This document shows positions 26,136 through 37,985 of a DNA stretch of 64,000 nt, in pieces. Location of the stretch: contig CM075993.1 of assembly GCA_038087875.1 (NCBI GenBank), positions 744,001 through 808,000 of the forward strand. Reading direction: 5' to 3'. This DNA is from Malacoraja senta. Its lineage: Eukaryota. Under the pieces are notes generated by a model, which had not been told where the DNA came from, did not search any database, and worked only from the letters and a program-made list of their open reading frames with translations. Made by a program: the position numbers and the translations under genes. Position 1 is the first letter of the stretch. Every line of letters begins with the position of its first letter.

Positions 26136-26739
26136 ACACAGGAAGCAACATGGCCTGCTTCTGCTTCTAATTCTTACATTCTTATGCTCTTGTTATACCC
26201 TGACCTTTATGAACCTATGATCAAACCCAGTTCTCAGGCTTTTCTTTCTGCATATCTTTAAAAATAATTATATTTTAGTCATTTATTTTAAAATCAAATC
26301 CTGTTTGACTAAACACATGGAAACTAACGTTAGTCATCCTTTCCAAGTTTCAATGAAAGGCTAAACTTGTTTCATACCGTTTCACAGTGACCCAGTCAGT
26401 ATATCCCTCACTCCCATCCACAGCTAAAAATACAAGAAAAAAATGTTTCCACAAATACAAATGTTGGAAGCTCATTTTACATTAAATGCACTGGAATAGT
26501 CAGCATGAGTAATTGAACAGATATATCCCAATTGTCTAGTTGTGTGATTCAATGAAAAGCACGGGGATTCCTCACTGTGGTTACATTAAATAAATAGAAA
26601 CAAAACATAAATGTAACTAACAACTGAGTTTAAATGGAAATCTTTGTGCCTGACTTTGACTATTATTAAAAATAAATCAGTCGATGAATCTGAGGGCGTT
26701 GTCAGACTGAGTGTGAGCAGAACTCTTACACATGCCAAG

Positions 26740-27157
26740 AGTCAAGAGAGACAAGTTTGTTTTATTGCCATATATCCTGAAACGGAACAATTAAATTCTT
26801 TTTTACAGCAGCACATAATAAATAAAATAAAAAGTTCAGTGTATATATGAAAAAACAGACAATTAATAGATAAAATTAGAACAAAAATAATGTCTATTAG
26901 TCTATATCATTTGGAGCTATTTGGCAGTTGTGGTGTTTAATAGCCTGATGGTTGTAGGGAAGAAGCTGCTCCTGAACCTGGCGTTTCAGTTTTCAGGCTC
27001 CTGTACCTTATCTCTGATGGCAGCAGTGAAAGGAGAGCGTGGCCAAGGTTGTGTGGGTCTCTGATGATTTTGGCTGCCATTTTGAGGCAGCAACTCTTGT
27101 AGATCCCTTTGATGGTGAGGAGGTTAGTATCCGTGATGGTTTGGGCAGTGTTCACCA
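26740..27157 (-). mobile_element. Rex1/Babar-like LINE 3' fragment
   Basis: TAQTIT...IIRDPHNLGHALLSLLPS peptide; reverse-complement match to 7600-8030. Confidence 0.75.
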
Positions 27158-27665
27158 GAGTGTATTCATTAGTTCATGCCTACTTCAGACTGAATATAAC
27201 CAAGAATTCCACACCCTAATAATTGTGACAGTCTGTAGATGGTTATGCGTGATTATGAAACTGCGTATGCATCAGTAGGGAGATTTACCTCCAAAATGGA
27301 TGGGTTGAGGGGGGACCATTTTAACTTCACAAGCTCTACCCAATCACATTGCATACACTGTTTTAATTGGAAGGATGAGGAGCAGGCAACCAAGCTCTTT
27401 AAGAAGATGGATTTCACCATCTTATCTAATTCAATCCAGGTCTCTGTAATGTCCCACTTCCCTACAGTTTATAGATTATCTATCCCAGCTACTTTGCCGC
27501 ACCAGAGGCAACAGGTGGATACAAACTTGGGGTTTTCGTCAAAAAATACTTTCTCACCCATTGCCCCTCCTATCCCAAGTAAAACTAAAGCTAACGCTCA
27601 TGCAGCAAGGATTGTGGGGATCTCTGGAAGTATGAAAGGGACATAACAGGCATATAATTCAGATC

Positions 27666-27811
27666 GAAACCCTTCTTCAGGTCTGAAGAAGGGTTTCGGC
27701 CCGAAACGTTGCCTATTTCCTTCGCTCCATAGATGCTGCTGCACCCGCTGAGTTTCTCCAGCATTTTTGTGTACCTTCGATTTTCCAGCATCTGCAGTTC
27801 CTTCTTAAACA
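27666..27811 (+). mobile_element. Solo PLE pseudo-LTR (subfamily B) with a short inverted 5' arm and 15-bp TSD
   Basis: catataattcagatc at 27651-27665 and 27812-27826; palindromic junction cgaaacccttcttcag-gt-ctgaagaagggtttcg. Confidence 0.88.
27679..27714 (+). ncRNA. Minimal hammerhead ribozyme motif (subfamily B)
   Basis: aggu-CUGAAGA-A-GGGU(UUCG)GCCC-GAAA-CG-UU-gccu. Confidence 0.62.
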
Positions 27812-28409
27812 CATATAATTCAGATCATTGGGACATGAAATTCAATCAGATAATTTAATTGAAACTGTATCCATGAACATTTGGAAGGCAAAAGATTAGG
27901 TTAAATGCTGAAAAACATTTGTTCTTGGACAGTTGTCAACCTCTGGAAGAATCTAGTGAAACAGATGGTGAGAATAAATTCCCAGGGTAAAGATTTGTCT
28001 TTGGTCATTGATGTTTAATATTCACCATAGTATCAGCCACCTACTGTATTCCACTCTCATTCCTCAGTAGAATTATAATATCAATATAGCACAATAACTA
28101 AATTTTAAAAATGTTCCCGAGTTTTCTTAATGGAAATGTCAGCAACGACTCAAATGACATTTTCCATCATTGAACATAAGATGCATGTTGTGATTATAAA
28201 GACCCATGGGAAATGCAGTCTTCTGGTCTGTGCTTGACTCCTCCAGATTAGAAAAAGTTTCCCTAACCCCCCCCCCCCACCACCCTCACACATAAAACAA
28301 GCTAAAGAACACTAAAACATACATTTAACACATACTATTAAAACACAAAGAAGGAAAGGACAGACAGACTGTTGGCGAGGCAGCCATTGCTGGCGCCACC
28401 CGGTGGCTT

Positions 28410-28832
28410 TTAAGATAGAAATGAGGAGAAACTTCTTTCGAGAGCATGATAATGTTTTGGGAATTCTCCATCAACCCAGAGGGTAGTCAAAATAGCACCA
28501 CTGAATAAATTTAAGGCTGAGTGTTAAGGAATATGGAGGGAACACGCTGGTAGCAGCAATTTTGGATTAGCCACAATCTCAATAAAAGTAAAATAGGCTT
28601 GGGAGGCTAAATAGCTACTCCTGCTATTGGTTCTCTTCTTGTGATCAACATTGGAGTCCTCTTTTATTGATCTTCATTGAAGTCCGATTTTGAATTATAA
28701 TTGCACGTTTTTCCTCATGCAATCCAGAAGCTGTATTGCAAATAGATACAAAATGCTGGAGTACCTCAGCGGGACAGGCAGCATCGTAAGAGAGAAGGAT
28801 TGGTTGACGTTTCGGGTCAAGACCCTTCTTCA
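28410..28832. mobile_element. Old CR1 tail (28410-28640, plus) and solo PLE pseudo-LTR (28743-28832, minus)
   Basis: Similarity to other copies in the window. Confidence 0.6.
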
Positions 28833-30499
28833 ATATTGTTGTATTATTATGTTTTAGTTAAAGGGTCAATTTCGATGATAAGGACACAATCACATCTGAT
28901 AATCTAAATTAATTAACTTCATTCTCCTTGGTAGCTCCGTAAAAGTGCTCCACATTCCATTTGAATCTACAGCCTTAACAATGTTATCATTCTTCACAAA
29001 GACAGGACAAATCCCGCAGATGTAGATGAGTTTTAGTGGCTTGATAATAGGTAAAGTGAGAAAACTGATGCAAGTGTGAAGGAAGGAACTGAGTTTTGTA
29101 CAATAAGGAGATTTTAACAAAACAGAAGATTGTGTAGGATAAGTATGTGAAGTCTACCAGGGTGAAATTATCCAATGCCGGAGCACTAATAAAATAATGC
29201 TTTTGATGTTCAGGTGCTTAGAATTTACACCACAAAAGGCAATTTGGATAAACCAGCTAGAGTTCATTTCACTATGTTAATATATCTTTCCTTTCTTTCT
29301 CCATGATATTCTTACCTGGCTTCCCTTTCAATGTATTCCTGCTGTTGCCTCAATAGCTCCATGTACAGAACAATCAACATTCTAAATGTTCTTTGGTTAA
29401 ACATCTTTCAGCAGAATTTTTCTATTAGATTGATTCATGATTATTTAACATTTACTAACCATTGTTTCAGACATTTCCACAAGTTGAAATGCCTCAGTAT
29501 CTATCTTTTAAACCTCTTCATAAGGTCTGACAGTCACCCTTTAGCTTATATTTTATTTAATGAGAAAAGAGGCACAGTCTGGTGAGTTTGTAATGATTGT
29601 GATAAACTCTCAGTCCAGAGTCATCCTTGCAAATAGTTTTTGCACCTTCTCCACTGACTGAATATCCTTTTTTTTGGAATGAAAACCAGAACTATGTGGT
29701 GCATTGTATATGCTTTAATAAAAGATCTCTGTGCAAATTATTATCTGAACATTTAATAATGTCTTGCAATGAGAAATTACAGAACGACAGTAGGTGTTTG
29801 CTCTTTCTTTCAGATAAATTTGATTTGGTTTGCCTTCACTGTTCATCATACATGGGAGGAGAACAGGGATGTTGGGCCATTTGAGCTCAGTCAGTGGTAG
29901 AGGAGCTTAAAGTGTTTCCACTCTTGTGGAATGACAGTACATTCCTCACAACGTTTTGCTTCCCTTTATTGTAACCGTATGTTGGGAGGGCTATTTCTCT
30001 TGAGTAACTGCAGAATGAGCATGAGGGTGGCATGATGCATACTTTCCTTAGATCTGTTACTAATTAGTCTGGCTTCCAGTTGAGACTAACAGTAGGAAAG
30101 AGTTCCTTGTGTGCTGCAGCTGATGTTGGAAATCAGTTAAAAAGAACTGATATATAATTTAGTTAGATAAAACAACTCATTTGGTTAGAAGCTCCAATTT
30201 AAAAAAAAAAAGGCTCCTCCAGGGCTCAATTGCACGTATACTTAACAAATGTATCGGTTAACATCATATTTTTTGCTTATTTTCCAAGTACCTTTAAGAG
30301 TAGGGGAAAAAGATAATTCCCACTTTCAGCTTATGCATAGAAATGGTACCTTCATAAAAGTGGAAGAAAACACATTGAACCATATATAGAAGTAACAATT
30401 TGGTCAGTAAAACAATTTAATTATTGGTTCTGTTTAGGAGGATCATTCTAACATTCTTCCAAAGTCAATACCTCCCCCAAATGATGACTATTTTGTTAC

Positions 30500-30661
30500 A
30501 TGGTTAGATAGAGCTCTAGGGGCTAGTGGATTCAAGGGATATGAGGAGAAGGCAGGCACGGGTTATTGATTGGGGACGATCAGCCATGATCGCAATGAAT
30601 GGCGGTGCTAGCTCGGGGCCGAATGGCCTCCTCCTGCACCTATTTTCTATGTTTCTATGTT
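30500..30661 (+). mobile_element. CR1 LINE extreme 3' end
   Basis: Close match to 22505-22671 including the tttctatg tail. Confidence 0.8.
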
Positions 30662-31444
30662 ACCATGATTTTTAATTCCTTCAGTGTACTTGGTCAGATA
30701 CCACTTATTGTTCGTGAAAGATAGCACTCCAAAATTAATATTTACTGTAAGAAAGCAGAAAGCATGGTTTTGAACATTGTACCTGTAAAAGTAGGTTCTT
30801 TATTGTTTGTCTTACAGCAAGTTTCATTTACAAACAGGATTTTAGAAACGAATGTCCTTTTAGTTTTTCTTATGTCTTGTAAATTATATTTTGATCAGAG
30901 ACTCTCTCCAGTATGATGGATTTAAAGATAAATGATATCAGACCAGGAACAGGAGACGGAGGATTAACTTGTTTATTCCAGAATATTGAAGTCAGTACAG
31001 AGTGGAGCGACATATAAACCATGGTCCCACATTCTGAATTATTCTGCCAACCATGAAGGGAAAGATAGAAATGACTCTGTTGCATCCAGCAAACTTAGCA
31101 ACCCGTTCTGTCTGAACTCTGGAAGCTAACCAGTTTGAAAGCATTTAAAGTGAACGTTAGGGTAACTTAAAAGAACAAAACATTTGTTAACAAAATTTCC
31201 ATAGTAAAAAGGCATTTTTACTGTCCTATGTCTAATTTTATGCAAATAAAATGTATAGAATCTATTTGCTGAATTGCTATTTTAATTCTATTGAATATTA
31301 CCTTTTGCTAAGTACTTCACAGCAGGAGACATTAAAATCAAGAACAGACTTACATCAGTTACCGTATCTGCCAATTTCACAATATGACATTTTACATGAG
31401 GTGCAGTAATTGGGGGTGGGAATTTAGGTTTTGTTTGTAGAATA

Positions 31445-31749
31445 TGGGTGAGAAGCCAGACCTACATTTATTGCCCCAGAACTGAAGGTTTAATAAACTA
31501 TTTTAGAGGGCATTATCTGCCACAGTTAGCACAGATTGGGGTAATGGATGGCAGCCCTTCCTCACGATGGTGGACAATAGTGAACCAGGCGGGATTCCTT
31601 GACAATTCAGAAGCTTCATTGTCACCATGTTGATGCTAAAGTTCCAAGTTTCATTGCCTATCCAAAATTCCAGCATCTGTGGTTGAATTTGAACATGTGT
31701 TGCTGGATCATTACTCTAGGCCACTGAATAACAGCATAACTGCTCTACT
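31445..31749 (-). mobile_element. Degenerate SINE-like repeat (possible tRNA-related head)
   Basis: Minus strand has a gttcaaa B-box-like head, ctggttcacta core and caataaatg tail like the LINE tail at ~38520. Confidence 0.4.
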
Positions 31750-31928
31750 GTGTTAAAGAAGGAACTGCAGATGCTGGAAAATCGAAGGTACACAAAAATG
31801 CTGGAGAAACTCAGCGGGTACAGCAGCATCTATGGAGCGAAGGATGGTCTGAAGAAGGGTTTCGGCCCGAAACGTTACCTATTTCCTTCGCTCCATAGAT
31901 GCTGCTGCACCAGCATTTTTGTGTACCT
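31750..31928. mobile_element. Fold-back PLE pseudo-LTR insertion with 11-bp TSD
   Basis: actgctctact at 31739-31749 and 31929-31939; perfect 24-bp inverted arms 31821-31844 / 31884-31907. Confidence 0.88.
31821..31907 (+). ncRNA. Hammerhead motif with fold-back-extended stem I
   Basis: ggu-CUGAAGA(31849-31855)-A-GGGU(UUCG)GCCC-GAAA-CG-UU-acc closed by a 24-bp perfect helix. Confidence 0.6.
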
Positions 31929-32062
31929 ACTGCTCTACTTTACCTGATTTGTAGTAAAGAATGTGACAGAATTAAACAGATGGTACTTTCATGCTAATTC
32001 ATGTGATTTGAGAGACAAATTTGACAATTGGTTATCCTTGATACGATGCATGATTAATATAT

Positions 32063-32615
32063 TTTACTGATGCCCTATACTGATGCCCCATAACTGATGC
32101 CCCTTTACTGATGCCCTATACTGATGCCCTTTACTGATTCCCTTTACTGATGCCCCTTTACTGATGCCCTATACTGATGCCCTATACTGATGCCCCTTTA
32201 CTGATGCCCGATACTGATGCCTCTATACTGATGCCCCTATACTAATGCCCCTATACTAATGCCCTATACTGATGCCCCTTTACTGATGCCCGATACTGAT
32301 GCCCCTATACAGATGCCCCTTTACTGATGCCCCTTTACAGATGCCCCTTTACGGATGCCCCTTTATGGATGCCCCTATACTGATGCCCCTATACTGATGC
32401 CCCTATACGGATGCCCCTTTACGGATGCCCCTTTACTGATGCCTTATATCAATGCCCGATGTCTAATGCTCCTTTACAGATATCCCTTTATTGATGCCAT
32501 TTACCAATGGCCTATATTGATAGCGTTTGACTGATGTCACTTTGCCAATGCCCTATACTGATAATCCCTTGACCACTAGTCCTCAACTGATGCTCCTTTG
32601 CTGACGGTCCTTTTC
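32063..32615. repeat. Minisatellite, 13-14 bp unit ACTGATGCCC(C)T(A/T)T, decaying toward the 3' end
   Basis: Read directly: homogeneous units to ~32445, degenerate units after. Confidence 0.92.
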
Positions 32616-33487
32616 CTGAGTCAGTTGATCTGGCTCCTTCACCAATCGCTCATAATTTTATAGGTGGTGGAAACCATTCAATGTACAGTAATACTTCCGT
32701 GTCACAATGAGGGTTGTGTTAACTTAGTAATCTACCTTGGTGGATGGTGTTTGATGTGTTTAAAATAAAATCCTGAACTGAGCACACATTCAGCTTTCAG
32801 TTTCACATACAATTACGATGACTCTTCTGGCTGAATGTGTGCACAGTCAGAGTTGTCTTGTTTCAGAGTTGAAGTTGGCCGACATTCTCCAGCACATTTT
32901 GTTCAATTCCTGCTCCAGCTGCATTTTTCCAGCAGGTCGAATAGTCACTGATTTATCACCAGCATCTCATTTCCAGAGCCCACCTCAACCCTCGTTTGTG
33001 ATTTGGTGTGTACCGACTTGAGTTGAGTTATCTGTCATGAGCAAAGCTCCCGCAGCTCCAAACTGATAATATAACAAAAACATCCTTTCCTATACTATCT
33101 CTCTACTGCTGAAATTGTTAACCAATTGTACATATGAATATTTATTGACATTTTTACATGGTTGCTTTGAAAAGCTTTAATGAAAAGGTTGTGAGATTTC
33201 AGCTGTTTCTGGTTGATGCTGACAACTTAGCTCAGCGTGTGTGCAAGTGCTTGAAACACCTGATGTCAGCACCCCTCCCGTTTATATAAAAGCAACACTT
33301 TGCTTTAATCCATTCCTGAATTCTCCACTCAGGATTTGCCTCACATTTCATTTTCAAGAGCAAATTCTAACAATCCAACAGATAATAATGCACCATCTAT
33401 CCTGATACTGATTGTTATGGATTAAAACCTATTGTGTAGCATGACACTCAGCCAGAGAGAGACCAGGAATGAGTAGACTGGAGAAAT

Positions 33488-33607
33488 AAAGAACTGCAGA
33501 TGCTGGTTTATACCAAAGATAGGTACAAAGTGCTGGAGTAACTTAGCAGGTCAGGCAGCATCTCTGGAAGATGGGGTGACGTTTCAGGTCAGGATCCTGC
33601 TTTAGAC
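33488..33607 (-). mobile_element. Solo PLE pseudo-LTR
   Basis: gaactgcagatgctgg...gctggagtaact...ggtgacgtttcaggtc. Confidence 0.75.
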
Positions 33608-34937
33608 GAGTTGTAGTGTTGTGTTAAGTGAACATTAATGTAAATTGAGGTCTCATCTCAAGCAGGGTGACGGTTGATGGGTTGTGTTTTCCCCTATCTT
33701 CTTATGGTAATCCTACTTTCTAGCAATGTCTTGTTTACATATTCACAGGCTCACTCCGTTCAATTACAGACTTGTTCGTTGTACATTCTTCGTCATTGCT
33801 CTTCCATGCCTAGAAATTTGTTTTTGTATATTAACCCAAATCTTTGTTAAAGTGTCCATTTCTGAATGAGAACGTGAATGAGAATGCAATTCTCCCCTCT
33901 GAACATAAACCCAATCTCCTCTAAATTTTTTTGTTCTGGCTTGGATCCACCTGTTATTCTTAACAGGCAATTCAGGCTGTTGTAAAAACAATGCTATTTA
34001 TAATGTAAACTATTAATTATCAGAACTTTATGACATTCAGAACTAACCACAAATGTGTCCCATAAGGAAGTTAATTGTAAAATAAGAAGTTCCCATAAGA
34101 ATATCATGGACAAAGTTTGGAATAATTAATTAAACAGCTGTACAGTACTTTTAAGTTTCTGTTTAAAAATATACATTGGATACAATAAACAGTCCGTGTT
34201 CACAGCGTGTTTATGGGGACAGATGGATTTCTATTCCACTGTGGGAAACAGGAATGAAAGTTTGTGTGGCGCCTTAATTTAAGAAAGCTTGTGGGTGGAT
34301 GGGGAGAATGATTAGCATAATATATTGAACAGAAACCTTTGAGTTTTGCGCTCAAATCTGGTTCACATTGAAATTCTTAAGGATGCCTTGTGAATTTGGT
34401 TTTCGAGTCTCAATTCATTCCTGCTAGGCAAGGATCAAAAGGACAACTTTTACTGTCCCTCGTTCAGATAAGCATTGGTTCTATTGCACAGCTGTAACAA
34501 AGGCAGGCAGGTCACCACGATTGAACTAGAAGCATAATCTCTTCCAGGACTGATATGTATGTCTTGCCATAAAGCTCAAACTTATAATCTTTAAGGACTC
34601 CAAACTATTTTACAAGAGCTTTCCAAGGCTTTGTATTTTGGCAGATTTGGCTGTCTTCATGTTAACCTGGTTAACTTTCTCTTTCTCTTTCCAGCAGATG
34701 TTGACATGCTGGGGAATATTTTTGTGTAGTCTTTCAGCCCTTCTGTACCTGGTCCAAGTGTCCATTCCTTATGTCTACATGTGCCTGGGTGGTGATTTCT
34801 TCAGGCGATTCATTATCTTAAGGCACTATTCAACCAGATTAGTTCTCACCCAATGTTCATCTCTATAAATTTTATGTGAAATTAAACATTTTGGATAATT
34901 ATTATGAGCAGGAAGGGAGGACCATCTTATGTAGGAT

Positions 34938-35670
34938 ATAGAACAGCACACCACAGGAACAGACCCTTCGGCCTACCATTTCTGTGCTGACCATGATGCC
35001 AATCTAACTAATCCTATCTGCCTGCACATGGTGCATATCATCTATGTCCTCTCTGTTCTTGCGTCTGTCTAAATGCCTCAGAAACGTGGCTGCCATAGCT
35101 GCCCCTACCACCTCCCTAGACAGCAAGTTCCAGCACACACCACTCTGTAAAAAACACACCTTGTACATCTCCTTTAAACTTTGCCCCTCACACCTTAAAA
35201 CTATGCCCTCAAGTATATGATATTTCCACCTTGTAAAAAGATTCTGACTAAATGTCCAATCTATGCCTCTCAAGTTCTGTCAGGTTTCTGTTCATTTTAT
35301 TTCCCTCTCACCTTAAATCAATGCCCTCTATTTCTGGGAAAAAGACTGAGCATTCACTCTATTTATTCCCTTCATGACCCCTCAGTATTCTACATTCCAA
35401 GGAAGTAAGTCCCAGCCCGCTCAACCTCTCCCTATAACTCAGCTCTTTGAATCCTGGCAACATCCTCATAAATCTTCTCTAAACTCTTTCAGGTTACTGG
35501 CATCTTTCCTATAACAGAGTGACCAAAACTCAACACAAAATGCTAAGTATGGCCTCATCAATATCTTGTACAACTGCAACATAGCATCCCGAATTTTGTA
35601 CTCAATGCTTTTACTGATGAAGGACGACATAGCAAAGCCTTCTTCACCACTCTATCTAGAACACCATTTT
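34938..35670 (-). mobile_element. CR1-type LINE 3' fragment
   Basis: Reverse complement of the CR1 3' end and RT C-terminus. Confidence 0.7.
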
Positions 35671-37262
35671 CAGGGCCGTTCATGGTCAAATAACTAGCTA
35701 AAATTAATTACCTGGGTTGGTAATGTAAAGAGTAGACATCTGATCATATTAAAAGGTGCCCAAACTAACAAGAGATGGATTGTCAGTATCTTCTGGAGGA
35801 AGGGGGAGAAAATTAGGGGCACCAGATGCTGGCTTACTATCATTCTACTCCGAAAGCCAATCCTAAAAATAGCAGGATTTCCCCATCAATATTAAGTACA
35901 GCAGAAGGCTAAACTTCATTGAAAACTGCATTTTTAATTTTATGCTGTTAAAATGTCAAATGCTCTTCCCGGAACTAACTTTACTTCTGTAAAGGATGCC
36001 CTTGTATTTCAAAAGGGCAGTGTTGGTGGATATTCTTTGATGCACATTTGCTTTAGAAAGTAACATGGTTTGTGTTGTAGCTTGTTGCTGCAGCTGTAAG
36101 CAGGGCTTCTTTGAGTAACTGAAAATCACTTGCTATAAAACACAGAACTAAAGGCCAGTCATGGGCAATGTGCCTGCTATTCTCAAGAAGGGCTTTGTGA
36201 TGGGCTTGGATCGTACTCTAAGGGAACTGCTGCCCAACAACTAAATTTGGATTTTAGACATTCTGTCAGAGAAGAAAATAATCTGAGGGTTGCTAGAATT
36301 ACTCAGGAAAGAGTGAGTCATTCTGTTGGACCCACCATAAAACAGCACTGTACTCATTCAGTGCTCCTGCTCTATACAAACTGACAAAACCAGACTGGAG
36401 CCAAGTCACTGAGAATGGGGCCTATTTTTAGCAATTTAGGTTATAGATTATAGATAGTATGGATAGAAAATATACTCTCATCTCCTTCTTTGACCTGCCA
36501 AACTTACCGTAGATTATAAACATGCACCTCACTCACCAGTCGCCTATTTTTTATTGACATTCCCTCACTTGTACATTTTTTTCCTAGCTCACTTCCCTTG
36601 CACTGTCAGGGTGTGTTTCTTTTCCAGCTCAAATGTTATTGCGCACTTTCTCCTTTGCATTTACGGAGAGAATTTCAATAGCATCCTCCATAACCTCAGA
36701 ATTTCCATGCAGCCTCCATCTGATGAAGCACATTTGGAGTGTAGTCACAGTTGAGATGGTGGAAGAGCTATGCTGTTTAAATACTGCTGGAAAGAGCTAC
36801 TCACACTCAGCAGGTTCACACGTGGGAGCCGGAATCAAGCAGAACTTGAAATTCCCAAATATGTTCCTTAACCTTTACAAAGTTCCCTGATCAAGGTGGC
36901 CATATGGACACAGCATTGGAATTAATCTGAGCATCATTGAATGAAGGAGAGGGAATATATATATTCCTATTCAACGTCCTTTGGCGGAAGGCGGGTAAAT
37001 TGGAAAACAAAACACGTCACAATGATAAATCCAGTGGTTGAATTATTGTAAAAAAACTCACTGAGAATAGTGACATTTTGAGCAAAAACAATTAGTATTT
37101 TCAAGACAACACAAATAAAGAATTAAGATCTTAGCAAGCTGGGAGAAACTTAGCAAGAAGAACATTGCTCTTGAATCATTGTTCATGCTATGCCTGACCT
37201 GTCTATTTAATACTGCTCTATCAGTCCTCACATTGACTGATATATTTTACTATGTGTTGCAG

Positions 37263-37426
37263 TGTCTTTCTTTGGAGATGGCTATGTGGAAGTGAGAGAG
37301 CTTGAGTCATTTACTTTCGGTAGACTCTCCATGACGTTCCTGACTAGTAAACACAGCGGGATTCTCTTCTTGGCTGCAGGCCACAGTGATTACCTGCTGA
37401 TGGAATTACATGCTGGAGAAATACAG
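37263..37426 (+). CDS. CSPG4: CSPG4-family gene, coding exon 2 (164 nt; start of laminin G domain 1)
   Basis: Acceptor ttgcag|, peptide (V)SFFGDGYVEV...GILFLAAGHSDYLLMELHAGEIQ resembles CSPG4 ASFFGEN...LLLLAAGPADHLLLQLYSGRLQ; donor CAG|GTAGGG. Confidence 0.9.
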
Positions 37427-37544
37427 GTAGGGTATTACACTGGGTAATTCCAATGTGGTCAACAGGTGTAAAATACAATCCTGGTCTTTTAGATCAGGCC
37501 CTTTCTGGCAATAGTTTGTCACACGTTGAGAAATATTCTGCAGA

Positions 37545-37985
37545 ATAAGCATTATATTCCACCTGGATTGTCCATAGCCAATGAAATGAGCATTGAAGGT
37601 TTCAATTTCAGGTAACCCTCTCCCCCTGTGTCACTTTCTCATGCTGACTAGTTCACCTCAGATCTCTCTCCATTTGTTCAACTTTTCCATTCCTGCAACC
37701 CCATCCCCATACCCAGATTTGTTGCCCTCCCCAACTGGTTCCATCTGCTCAGCACCCATACCAATCCATCTGGATTTCTCCTCTCTTGGCCTACTCTTCT
37801 TATCCCATTCCTCTTACCTGACTCCATCTGCCCGTCCCTTATCCCCCTACTTACTAGCCCATTTTACCCCTACCTCTCACCTCTTTATATTGGCCCACTT
37901 CTCTCCACACTCTCGGTCCTGAGGCAGGGTCCGGACCCAAACCCCTTTTGCCTGATCCACTGAGTTCCCCCATTGTTTTATGCCA
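37545..37985 (+). mobile_element. Old PLE 3' fragment
   Basis: Decayed GIY-YIG end (...ttcaggtaacc), pyrimidine-rich UTR and degenerate core cctgaggcagggtccggaccc at ~37918. Confidence 0.5.

Noticed and set aside
27591-31947. Recurrent small ORFs (KKELQMLENRRYTKMLEKLSG; LKKGFGPKR) as a mini-protein family
   Set aside because: Translations of the non-coding PLE pseudo-LTR repeat; frames are not preserved among copies.
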